From Camelus ferus (lineage: Eukaryota), in NCBI RefSeq assembly GCF_009834535.1, contig NC_045696.1, positions 21,206,001 to 21,270,000 on the forward strand: a DNA stretch of 64,000 nucleotides, read 5' to 3'. The notes beneath the pieces are model-generated. The model was given only the letters and a program-made list of their open reading frames with translations. It made no database searches and was not told where the DNA came from. Below, in pieces: positions 52,831 through 64,000 of the stretch. The stretch's first letter is position 1. The number at the start of each line of letters is the position of its first letter. Made by a program: the position numbers and the translations under genes.

Positions 52831-55199
52831 TTCCATAATATGTAGTTCCATTTTATAATAATATTAAGTATTAAGTTACTCATAACCTATATGTTCATTT
52901 TGAGCCATTTTAAGAAAATACTTTCTTTCCACTCATGAGGTGCTTTTAGATGTACATTACTTTTAGATGTACCTTTCATTTCGAGTACACAGTTTAGTAT
53001 GAGATGTTATTTCCGCTGAGTGGTAAGTTATCTCCATAAGAAAAGATCAGATTAGTAGCTACATTACCTTAATACTTAAGAGCGACAGATGAATTAAACT
53101 TTATTGGTGGAGTTATTAATAACAGTCACTGCAGTGGGGGTGGTCAAAAACAAGCATTGCCTACATCATAACCAGGTGTTAACTCTGGTCAAATCCAAGT
53201 ACAGACCTCATATATCATCAGTTAACTCTCTGTGGCAAAAGGGCATACACTATTACCATATACCCTTCTGCAAGAATCCCTTTGCTATGGTCTAAGCAAC
53301 CACAGGTACAATAGAGGTTTAAGAAATTCATGATGAAAACAAAAGGCCTCGGTAGTTTTAATTGAGCACTAATTCAGTATGAAACTGCAATGCAGTATAG
53401 CTGCTAAATGTGGCATGAAAACTGCACTGGGAAATAGATTAAGATCACTTCAAGCCATGGTAATGCCAGCCAGCCTCTAAAATACTGTATTCAAGTCTTG
53501 TAATTGTATTTTACAATAATAACAGAAAGGTGTAAACTATGCTTGTGAAGGATCCAGAAATATTCTGAAGCATCCATTCAGCTGCATGAGATTCAAAAGA
53601 TTTTAGTGAAGAATTTTAGCATCCCAAGTCAAAGGCTTTTTCAGAATGTTTCCATCCATTACCCACCTTATCTTTACTATGATTTTTTGAGGTGAACCCT
53701 ATTTTCTCATTCACAAAATGAGCATTATTGTCTCATTTTATTGATGATGAAACTGGGTTTTAAAGAAGTGAAATACTTTGCACCAAAACCCACTAACAAT
53801 GAGTAGTGAAAATAACGGCAGTGATACTTGTCATACCAGCTATCATATATCACTGCGTACCATGTGAGGCACTCCTTAATTGCTTTGTGTAGTTTAAATC
53901 GTTTCAGTCTCACTGTTGTCTCCAGAGAAAGTCGCTAATGAATGCTGAAGTCTGACTATCAAACCATGTTCTTTAACAGTAAAACTTATGGACACTTAGG
54001 TAGATTTTCAAAAGGATACTTAGCCTGAGAAAGATCTTTAAGTGGGAAGCAGGGCTCTGTGACTCTCTTCTGTTTAATCCAGGGTATATTGCTTGTCTTG
54101 TTTGGACCTTGGTTTCTTCCTCTAAGTGGAGATGTTGGCTATGTCATAATGCGTTTGTAAAAATCATGTACAAAATGCATATAACTGCATATCACTGACT
54201 ACTTTTGTTTCCTGATAATTCAGCCTATTCTTGTCCATATGGTCTTTTTTTTCCTAAATGTGTTTCTGTAATATCCACTAGTTCTCTTTATATCTCACTG
54301 CTTTGATCTAATAGCTTATTGATGTCTTGTTTCATAGACTGCAGTGATTTGCAATTTCCTTCCAAAAGTGAAATTGTCATCAAGCTTTCATTGTATTTTC
54401 CATTTTCTTTTTAAAACTACTCTTTCATGCATCTTTTGTACACTATTTTTCATATTAATCTCAGAGACTTTGCATAGAGTTCCACTTTTTTCTACTTATT
54501 TAATCTAATGGGACTTCATTTTTATATCAGCTATTTCTTTTAAAATTTGTGTTTATTAAATACTCAGTATCCAGCCTACCCAGTCACCTGCTATTTCCTT
54601 GCCTTTCTCAGTCCATTGGTATTTTCCTCGCTCCAATTCTTCGATTCCATTTCAGCCATATTCCCATCACAGAGCCAAACTCTGGATATTACCATCGCTT
54701 GAAATTACTGGGTACCAACATCATTAGGTCACATATTCCATTTTCTAATAATAACCTCTACTTCTGCCCTTTTTATACACTTTTCTTGACATTCATACTT
54801 CAACTCTTTAAAGTCAATCAGTTCATTGTTTAAATGAACTCTGTATTCTCTCTCTGTATACATATATTAAGAAAAAACAAAGGATGCACAGCCTGTCTTT
54901 GTTCCACCCTTATGGAGTAAATCTCATAGCTTTTTGTTTCAGTTACACTCCTTCTAATATTCTGAACTTTATCCTCCTTCCATTGTCTTCTAATAATATT
55001 TAAAATTCCCAAATTTGAGAAGACCTACAAATTTCTGCATTATTTGGTCTTCTTAAATAACTCAAGCTTCAAGTCATGATGCTTTTTCATTTTACTCTAA
55101 GTTGCAGCCATCCTGCAATTCAAATTACATATCCTTAAGAATACTTCTAGCTCATAGTCTTCACCTGCAGTTTACTTTATTTGGATTGACTGTTTTTCC

Positions 55200-55530
55200 C
55201 TTCTTCTTTCAAAAATATCAATGGAAGCTTATGTCTCATACCCTGTGCTAGTTATGTGGATCACCTCAGTGACAAAAGAAAGAAAGATCTCTTACCTTAT
55301 GGAATTTAAGTGGGGTAGGTACACCAAACATGATACATTAATAAATTAATGTGTTAGAGAATAGTAAGTACAATAAGGGAAGGGAGTAGGGCAAATTAAG
55401 GAAATCAGAAGTACTCGAGAGTATGGTTTTGGATTAAAATTTAAAGTAGGTAAAGGAGTTAGCCATGAGAATGTCTAAAAGAAATGCATTTCAGTAGAGA
55501 GAACAGTCAGGGCAAATACTATAAAGCTGA
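55200..55530 (-). mobile_element. L2 3' fragment
   Basis: ggagttagccatgagaatgtct...tttcagtagagagaacag. Confidence 0.6.
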
Positions 55531-55559
55531 TACTTGTTTTTCTCTTTTTGTCTCAAATA

Positions 55560-55940
55560 ACTTATTTGACTAAGATCAGTGGGTCCTACAAAAGGCAAAA
55601 TACCTTTGCTATTTTTTTCCCATTTCATCTAGTAAACATGTCACACAATTAATTACTATGTGACTCTCAACTTCTGAGTCCTTGCTGAAAGCTCTCATAT
55701 CTGTTCTTCTGTAAGCAAGAAGAGGAAGAAATGAAAGGGAAGAATGTATCTCAACTTGCTGCCCAATGGCCAGATGCCAGAAGACCATTTACATATCATT
55801 GGCCTGAGCTTAGTTATGTGGTTATTCCTGGATGCAAAGAAGGTTGGTAAAATAATATTTATTATGAATGGCTATATGTCCAGCTAAAAATTCTATGACA
55901 ATGGAGAAAGATGAGTATAGCTAATAAATAGCAAGCAAAA
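55560..55940 (-). mobile_element. Old MLT1 (J/K-type) LTR fragment
   Basis: catatcattggcctgagcttagttatgtgg...tgcaaagaaggttggtaaaat...tgtccagctaaaaatt. Confidence 0.55.
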
Positions 55941-55944
55941 GTTT

Positions 55945-56050
55945 CTGCTATTTTAATATAAGAGAAATGAAGCCAAAGAATGGAAGTAACCTGTATAAAA
56001 TCACAAAGACAGTGAGAAGAAAAGCCCGGATTTGAATCTCAGTAGTTTGG
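55945..56050 (-). mobile_element. MIR SINE fragment
   Basis: gagaaatgaagccaaaga...aagtaacctgtataaaatcaca...ggatttgaatctcag. Confidence 0.6.
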
Positions 56051-56654
56051 TTTCATTATTATATATTGAATACAAACACACACACTCACAAAAACAAACT
56101 TATTCACGTACCTCCACATGAACACATGTATATACTTATTAACATGTAGCTAACCTCATGCACATGCTTTTTCACTTGATTTCCCTGATAATTTATTCAT
56201 AAACAAGTGTAAGATATATCTTAAGTTTGTAGATACTAATAACATCTGCCATCTGAAGATAAAGTTGTTTCCTTGTTTTTAGTGATTTAGAAATGCTCTT
56301 GTAATAAGTTCAGCAAGTAGCATGCATGTTGGAGTTTTATTTAGAAGTTCAGGCAACTAAGGATTTTTAAAGTTATATTTAACACTATTCCAAATAATTT
56401 ATGTCTCTCAAGGCAGTTATATTTAGGTAATTTGCTTCTGAAATAAAACCTTATTGCCAAAGTTTTGAAAATGTGAGAAAAAAAGTTAATTAAAAAAAAA
56501 AATTACAGACCAAATCCAAATCTATATTGTCAACAGAAATCTTGATTCTGTGATGATTCACAGTTGACATTCAAATCAATATTCTATGAATGAACAGCTG
56601 AGTGTAAAAATGAATTAATGAATAAACTATGAATATTTTAAAATTGCAATGAAA

Positions 56655-56988
56655 ATAACTGACAGATACCACCTACTTTATTTTGAGAAAATTTTAACAA
56701 AATTTTTGTAAAATATATTTCTCATCACATCAATTTTTAAATTGTGTATTTTAAAATAAATTTGTTAATATTAAAATGATTCTCTTCTTTGTACTTAATT
56801 CCTGTTATTCTGGAGATGCTGAAAGAGTCACCTTGAACGTTTTATGTGAAGCACGATGGTCTGTACTTGGAGATGTGAGGTTATCTCCTTTCTCACCATG
56901 ATTTATCCTAATTATCTTTTAATTGGGTGCTTCAATAGGGTGTTGCTGGAATGCATAGTTCTAAAAACTTAACTCATTAAAGACTTCA
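56655..56988 (-). other. Putative 3' UTR with polyadenylation signal
   Basis: Non-repetitive AT-rich sequence; AATAAA on the minus strand at 56682-56677 followed by a GU/U-rich element. Confidence 0.45.
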
Positions 56989-57053
56989 CTAATTACATTG
57001 TCCTTCAAGACGTTTTGTAGAACTTTCTCTTTTACTTGAACGTCTTAAAACAT
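56989..57053 (-). CDS. Putative last coding exon of an unidentified gene (xVLRRSSKRESSTKRLEGQCN*)
   Basis: Minus strand: branch point CTAAC (57082-57078), long T-rich tract ending ttttcag, then AT GTT TTA AGA CGT...TGT AAT TAG. Two CGT codons retained in CpG-poor DNA. Frame is inferred; the other two frames stop within 7 codons. Confidence 0.55.
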
Positions 57054-57139
57054 CTGAAAAAAAAAAAGGCACAAAAAGTTAGCAAAACCTAGAAGAAAAG
57101 ACATACGATGGTGTGTTTTGTCACTGTTTGTATTCAATA

Positions 57140-57365
57140 TATAATAATGGAGCTAAACTACTGAAATTCAAATCCTGGGTCTTCTAACTACCTAGGTAAT
57201 TTTATGCAAGTTGATTCCACTCATTGACCTCATTTCTCTTATATTAAAATACAAAACAATACCAGTCCCTACCTGGAAGAGTTATTGTAAGGAGTAAATA
57301 AATAAATGAAAATAGTTAGCAAAATGTCTAGTAAACCATAAGCATGTAATAAATATTGACTATTA
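57140..57365 (+). mobile_element. MIR SINE
   Basis: ttcaaatcctgg...cctcatttctcttatattaaaat...cctacctggaagagttattgtaagg...aataaatattgactatta. Confidence 0.75.
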
Positions 57366-57904
57366 CATTGTGTGCATTTCACTATGGTTGGACACATGAT
57401 CATACCCAAGGGTGGTAGGGAAATGGAGAAGGAATACTTTCTTTAGATCTGAAATTCTGAAAACTTTAAGATATTGAAAAAAAAATATGCCAAGACACTA
57501 TGAGAAGTTCTGCCTTAAATTATTGAATAAAATTCTCATGTTCTAAATAGCATCTGTGTCCAAAGTTGATCATAATCAAAATTAAAAAATGAGGATCTGA
57601 TTGTGTTTTACAAGAGATTATATATACAATTACAGATTATATATATAATATTAGAAATATATATTTTATAGTAATGAATGATAGTGGTATTTGTATTTTT
57701 TAAATAGCACAAACTCTCAGAATGAATGGAAGAACTTCAGAAGCAAGGCAGGAATTTTTAAAAGACCTGGACTTTGTTCCCCCTTAGGACTTCTGTGTTG
57801 ATAAAGGGCTCCTATTTATTTTTTCTCTTTTTTAAAATGTTTTAGGTTTGAAAAGAACATGCTGTGATTTAAAGAACATTTCTCTTGAAGATATAAATAT
57901 TAGC

Positions 57905-58075
57905 ATAAATCTGAACCCTGTGGTCCACCAGTGATGAATTCTGTGGAGATTATGCAGTCTCTTTGAGGCTTAGTCTCTTCTTGTATAAAATGTGGAAGCA
58001 AATGAAATAAATATGTGATAAGACCTATTGTTGTTCTAACATACAGTAAATTATTAATAAGAATTAGTTTCCTTC
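57905..58075 (+). mobile_element. MIR SINE fragment
   Basis: ctttgaggcttagtctcttcttgtataaaatg. Confidence 0.5.
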
Positions 58076-58189
58076 AGCCCAGAAGTGGTTTCAAAAGTTT
58101 AGGGGAAAATAACCATTAAATAGAATTTATGCTGCTTCTGGAGCTTGAAACAATACATTTATGAAGACAGTGGCATTCTGATATGACAA

Positions 58190-59130
58190 GTTAACAGAGA
58201 AAACAAACAAAAAGAAGAGTTTATTATTTAAATATGCTAAAAATAACAATGTATTTGAAAAAGCTGTATATTAAAAGAATAATTCATCAAGATGATGTAA
58301 AAGATATCAAATCTATTAATATATTTTACCTCATTACATAATACAAGAAAAAATTTATACATAAATGATTACTTCAATAGATGACAAAAGGCATATGTTA
58401 GATATATTATTTAAATAAGACCAAATATCTATTCTAAATAAATACAAATATATTCTCTAGACATTTTTCTTTAATCCAAAACATACCAATGAAAATCAGA
58501 ATTAAGTCAAAAATAATGGTATCAACATTTTTTAAAAAATTTTAAAGTAATGTATTAAACTGAAAAAGGAATAATCATAACTTAGTTCATATACATATTT
58601 TCTTATAAGCAAATTGGTATCTATTAGAATTAATGTATTTTGTAGAATGTACAGAAATAGACATATAAATATTTAGTATATTTCTTCACTAACCAAGAAA
58701 ATATATATATATTTAATAAGTGAATTTATAAATTTCTTTAATAGTTTTATTACCTTTTATTTTATTAATTTTTATTCCCTTTAATCAAAAAACCAAACCC
58801 ATAGCCATAATAAGGAAAATGGTTACATAGTAATATAAAAGAAAATGAATAAATGAAGACATATTATGATTTGGAATGTGAGAAACATGATATGAGGATT
58901 TTCCCAAAATGGAACATTTATCTATATGTAAGTACACTTAGATTTCCTGTATTTAGCAATCAATAACTTAATACAATTTTTATTGGAAAGTAAAAAATTA
59001 TTTAAACTTTTCTAAAAGATTTAAAGACAAAAATAAGAACATTTATTAAAAAGTAACATGTAGGCAGAGAAGAGACTAGCCATACCATGGTTCAAATGTA
59101 TTATAAAATCAAGATGAAAAAACAAAATGC
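58190..59130 (+). mobile_element. Highly degraded L1ME ORF2 fragment
   Basis: A-rich skew; atattaaaagaataattcatcaag, ttcaatagatgacaaaaggcatatg, gactagccatacca. Confidence 0.55.
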
Positions 59131-59769
59131 ATATGTTTCTAGCATGAGAAAATAGGAGATGTATCTGCTGAGTAATTTAAGCAGATGCAGACTCTATGTA
59201 AGAATACTAAGGCATCACAAGTAAGTGTACATAGGAGTTGACTTTTCAATAATTTGCCTATTGGAATTTGCCTAAGGAATAGCCATATTTGTTTTAAAAA
59301 GTACAAAAAATATTTAAATGAGGTCATTACTTTGATACTGAGATATTCTCGTTTGATGCCCTTGTTTTTCTTGACTTGTTCTTCTCATGTTGTACTCTTT
59401 CAGAGGCTCACAAGCTCTCTTGCAAACTGACCCCTGACTGGGCATTTCACAGACTTTTTTTCACCTGCTTGGATTCTAGAGCAAAGGCATTTTTAACATA
59501 ATCTGGAAGCTTTTCTTTTACGTTCTTAACACTTCTGACAATATTGCCTTCTTACCCTTTCTTTAATAAAACATGTTTATCCTCTGCAGCTTTTCTATAC
59601 AACTTCTACAGTGACTGTTTCTTTGATTTTCCAACTACAGAGTTTCTTCCCTTTAGAGTTTTATACCTTCTGAATATTCTAGCATCTACCACTCTTTCTA
59701 GAGACTACCAACATTTTTTTTTACTCTCAGTGTTCTTTAAGGACAGTTCAGCACAGCTTAGTATATCAC

Positions 59770-59915
59770 AGACTGCCTTACTTTTAACCCCAGTTCTGCT
59801 GATGACTAGTTATGTAATAATAAGCAAGTTACTCAAGTTATATTTGCTTCAGTTTCCTTATCTGTAGCGTGTGGATATGGATATTTACTTCATAGGATTG
59901 CTATAATGATTACTT
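59770..59915 (+). mobile_element. MIR SINE
   Basis: gcaagttactcaag...gcttcagtttccttatctgtag...tacttcataggattgct. Confidence 0.75.
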
Positions 59916-60139
59916 GACACATTACAATTATTGTGACATTACAGTTATGACTTACAGTCTAACAATTGCATTACTGATTCACTCTCCTATCCATATGGAT
60001 GATCTCATCCACAGTCTCTGAAATATTTCCAATTAAAAAAAAAAATGTTGCCACTGTTCAAGAACAGTGTATGTGCAACCCAAACAGAGATGGGAGCACT
60101 TTGGGAAGAAGTCTAATATTAAAGACTCCTTCATCAGAA

Positions 60140-60805
60140 TGTCCGATGGGGGTTCTGAAAGTTGCTGGGAAACAAGCTGCTGGAAAACAAGCAACTAGAA
60201 AACAAGCTGCACATAAATTTCCGTGAGCTTAAAATATTACATTCACACTTCCTTGCTTAAAATGTGCATGCTTGCTTTGTTTTAATGTTTTCCACAGTGG
60301 ATGAAGTTTGTGAGGAGAAACCCTGAGATTGACCATAAGGGCATGAAGGAGGGCAGATATTTCCTTAGGGTGAAACAATGGACGGTCCTGGAAAGCCAGG
60401 TCATCCATTAACAGAACTCTGTTCTGGAATGAAAGCATGCTGTTTAACCCAGGGGAAGTACCTGCTATCTTGAGATGTCCCGGAGGCAATAACAAGATAA
60501 ACTTAGAAAATTTGCATACCCCGAGGAGGGTGATTGTTCCCGGAAGGCATGGGCCTGAAATTAATCAGTTAACCAGCAAGCAGAACTTAGTGCTTATCGC
60601 ATGGAATATCTAAAGGCCCACCTCTTTGATCGCATTTTTTTCTGAGCTGTTACTCCTAATAAATATGATGTTGACCAGGCTTTCTGCGCTCTAGATCCAC
60701 GAGATTTTGAGTCCCCTGGTCCCATCTTTGCTCTTTACTTTTTCTCTTTGTTTCTTAAGTCTTGCGTTGCCCATCCTCAGGTAAGGTCCCGAGCTGCGCT
60801 GGACA
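60140..60805 (+). mobile_element. Relatively young ERV solo LTR (666 bp, family unknown)
   Basis: Inverted termini TGTCC...GGACA; flanks cagaa / cagca; three 15-bp U3 repeats (60163-60207); AATAAA at 60658-60663; many intact CpGs. Confidence 0.85.
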
Positions 60806-60949
60806 CAGCAGAAAGGAATATACATTCTCCTGTGGGAAACTGTACCAGTTTAACCCAGTTAGTCCAGCAGCCAAAGAAGATTTCTACAAAGATGACTAGG
60901 TATCGGAAGGTTAACAGAAGACATAACATTTAAAAAAAAATTCATACAC

Positions 60950-61400
60950 AGGAAATACCATGTGAACAAGTCAAGAGGTACGTGAGAGTATGGTATATTA
61001 AGAAATTAGAAGATTTACAGTCCAGTGGAAAATGTGAGAAGGACAATAGTCGGGAATAAGATGATGAAACAAGTTGGGTATAGAAAGTCTTGAACATCCC
61101 CGTGGATGAATATGTGCCCATACTAAAAAGGAATGGTTTTAAAGGAGTGAGGTATTACATCAAATTGTTTCTATTTCTTTTTTTTTTTCTTTTTCTTTTA
61201 CTGAAAGTACTCACTGTATATGGAATAAGTAAATGGAAGAAGACAAGATTAGAAACAGATAAACCAGACTGGAAGGGATTTTTCTAAGTGAGAGATGATG
61301 GTAGTTTGCTCAGGAATGGAGAGAAGTGAGGTGAACAGATCTCAAAAATGTTTAGAATCCAGAAGACTTGGCACTTGATTAAATGGAGGTGGGGATTTCC
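60950..61400 (-). mobile_element. L2 fragment
   Basis: aagtgagagatgatggtag...ggagagaagtg...gaagacttggcacttgattaaatg. Confidence 0.6.
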
Positions 61401-62149
61401 ATCTTAACTAACTAACCAAGTAGTGGACGGTGTTGCAAATTAACTATTTCAGTTTCTTACCAACTCAAGTGCTGCTTTCACATAGCTTTTACAAACTTAG
61501 AATGCACCAACTGCAGTCAAGATATGTACACACATGCCCACGCACGCACGCACACACACACACAGTCAAAACAAAACCGAAAAAGAAGTAAAACCCCAAC
61601 TGTAATTTTCCTCATAGCATCAGGCAGAGTGATTGCTATGCTCTGTAGAATGGGTGTGCTCAGAATCCAAGAGTGATCATTTCTGAACCTTAGAGATCAA
61701 TATCCCATTATTTGCCAGCAATCATGTATCCTTCTAGTTTTCTTTCTGCTCGTTTCGCTATAGCTGCTTTCTAATCTCACTGGGATTTCTCTCTCTTCCT
61801 TAACTTTTGATCTGTTTACTACTCCTTGATACCAATTTCTTTTATATCTGGCCTAACACGGGGCCCATCACTTCAAACATTGCTCCAATTTGGACGGTGT
61901 TGGAGTGACGGGGACTGGCCACCTCAGCAGCTTTTCTTACATCTACTATAGGTAAGGTACCTTAAGCATTTATCACCCCAGGGTCTAAAAAGACTCACAG
62001 TTCACCTGCATAATAGGCAGGGTTAATACTTCAGCCACGCAAACACAGTAAGATGGCCCTCTACTTTTACAGATACACAAGTCAGATCCTAATTGCAATT
62101 AATTAATCAGATGAGAAGGTGCAGTGCAAGCAAACTTGGTGCTGTGGAA

Positions 62150-62300
62150 ATGTGATTTCCATCCCTAGCTTGGCCCTTAACATATAGCCACATTTCCTAA
62201 ACTGACATGTAGTCTCCTCTCTAAAATGAAGAGTATACATTCCTACTTTGGCTATGTCCCAGTCATAAAACAGTAGAAAATAAATGTATATGTTTTAGAA
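62150..62300 (+). mobile_element. MIR SINE fragment
   Basis: agtctcctctctaaaatgaagagtatacattcctact. Confidence 0.4.
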
Positions 62301-62674
62301 ATAGTCTAAAGACTTTACAATAGCTTCATCAGTATAGATATTCATTCTATTGCTATGTCAAAATGTAGATATTTAGTCCAATATCAGTTCTTTTTGTTTC
62401 CCCCTGACATTTTTTAGGATGCTTGGTGATCATCGTCCTCCTCTTTGCGGAATGTGCATCCTCCCTGCCCTTTCCCCTGTCATTCAATATATGAAGACCA
62501 TTGGGGATGGAAAATGTAATGACTTTTTCTAAGCCATAAAATCAGTTAGTTGTTGAAGCTAAGCTAAAAACTGAAAAAAACAAGACACAACCCAGTCTTT
62601 GTATCTGAAGTCTAGGACAAATTTTCTGCAAATTACAAGAATATCAGAAATTATATTTATACCACTTATTTTAT

Positions 62675-62905
62675 ATATATATAAACATAATATATATATA
62701 AACTCAAGGTGTTTATAATATAAGTAGAAGACTGCATAATATGGAGACCCAGTATGATATAAATGGTTATGGTGAAAAAAATATGAAAAAGAATGTATGT
62801 ATATTCATCTATGACTGAAGCATTGTGATATACACCAGAAATTGACACAACATTGTAAACTGACTATACTTCAATAAAAAAGTAAAAAAAAATAGAATAA
62901 AATAA
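62675..62905 (+). mobile_element. L1 3' end (camelid-like)
   Basis: ttatggtgaaaaaaatatgaaaaagaatgtatgtatattcatctatgactgaagcattgtg...ccagaaattgacacaacattgtaaactgactatacttcaataaaaa plus A-rich tail; same subfamily motifs as 28057-28410. Confidence 0.88.
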
Positions 62906-63419
62906 ATGATTGACATTTATGGACAAATTAATACTGCAGCTTCTTTAGGTACATACCACAGAGGATAGAGTTATTTTACAGCTGGATAGGTCATGTGAGT
63001 GTTCTCAAATATCCAAGGCTATTCAAAGTAAAACTGAAAATAAATATTAAGCAGGATGACAACACCCGCACTAATTTAGATTTCTAAACATCAGAGAGAG
63101 AATAAAAGAAGAGCTTTGCAGTCTTGACGTGTTTAGTATTTTTGAAGCATATCAATTATTTTATTATCATTTAATATATTATACGGCAAAATCTACGTAT
63201 TCCCTCCTATCCCATTTAATGACTTCTTAGCTCCCAAGCAGAGATATACCTTCACAGTGTATTTGGTATTCATAGAAATCCATCATCTTTAACATTTTGA
63301 AAACTTTCTCAACTTTTTAAATGCATCTGTGCATTTAATTATTCATCTGTAAAAAGAATCATAACAGAGCAATAAACAATAATTATAAATTAATTCATTT
63401 AACATTGTAACTCAAAACT

Positions 63420-63712
63420 TAACTAAAAATTAACTGTCAGTATTTATTTTATTTGGCAGAACTGAATGCTCTATTACAGAGTGAGATCTGAAAATATTTC
63501 AAATGTAGTGTACAAGCAGGACCACATTCCGACGGCAGTTTCCATAACTGGAATATACATTACACTGGGGGTTATACCACCATTTGCTTTAATTTGATCA
63601 GTTTAATTAAATCAAATAGTGTTATAATCCTCAAGAGGGAAACTACTCTACTCAGGATAACTCCATTAAAGATACTTGAAATATGAGTAGGTTTATAGTG
63701 GACATTAAGAGC
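63420..63712 (-). other. Candidate alternative terminal exon
   Basis: Acceptor ttctttttttatactgcatttttaaccag|G at 63712; tandem AATAAA on the minus strand (63453-63443) with U-rich downstream sequence; phase-0 frame open for 46 codons to 63572. Confidence 0.3.
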
Positions 63713-64000
63713 CTGGTTAAAAATGCAGTATAAAAAAAGAAGTGAACATCTAAGGGTCACTAGAAATGCTGTATTTTGTGCTTTGGTTAACCAGGAAAGT
63801 GACAAGAAAGTAAATCCAGTAAATAACCTTAAGAAAAGATAATAAACATTATATTCGAAAGCCACGTAATGTGTTGTAGAGTGGTTTTATGTAGATCAAA
63901 ATCAAAATGTGTCTACATGGAACACATTTGCTATTGAATGCTATTATATGTCTTGAAGCACACTGGCATCTCTACTATTTAGGCTAACACTTCTTCAATT

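Noticed and set aside
53350..53530. Possible second CR1/L3 fragment
   Set aside because: Similarity too weak to call by eye.
1..64000. Prokaryotic systems (CRISPR array, operon, defence island)
   Set aside because: No long ORFs and no regular repeat-spacer array; the content is mammalian interspersed repeats.

Overview
This is AT-rich, CpG-poor mammalian genomic DNA, not microbial. A tRNA-derived SINE and the young L1 3' ends point to a camelid or related cetartiodactyl (inferred from remembered repeat consensus sequences). Much of the window is interspersed repeats: L1 (young 3' ends with target-site duplications, plus old L1M), L2, CR1/L3, MIR, MaLR/ERVL/ERV1 LTRs and MER20. None of the listed ORFs looks like a complete gene. 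The best gene evidence is a minus-strand terminal exon at about 56.65-57.05 kb, with branch point, pyrimidine tract, 21 C-terminal residues and AATAAA; a second possible last exon lies at 63.4-63.7 kb. The rest of that gene would lie beyond the right edge, and I could not name it. Other points of interest are a near-perfect RFX X-box in repeat-poor DNA at 41.67 kb, a possibly chimeric MLT1/MLT2 provirus, a retroposed CR1-carrying insert inside an L2, and a young solo LTR with a perfect STAT (GAS) site and a splice donor. I found no convincing new multi-gene system. Repeat family names are from pattern recognition, and many boundaries are approximate.
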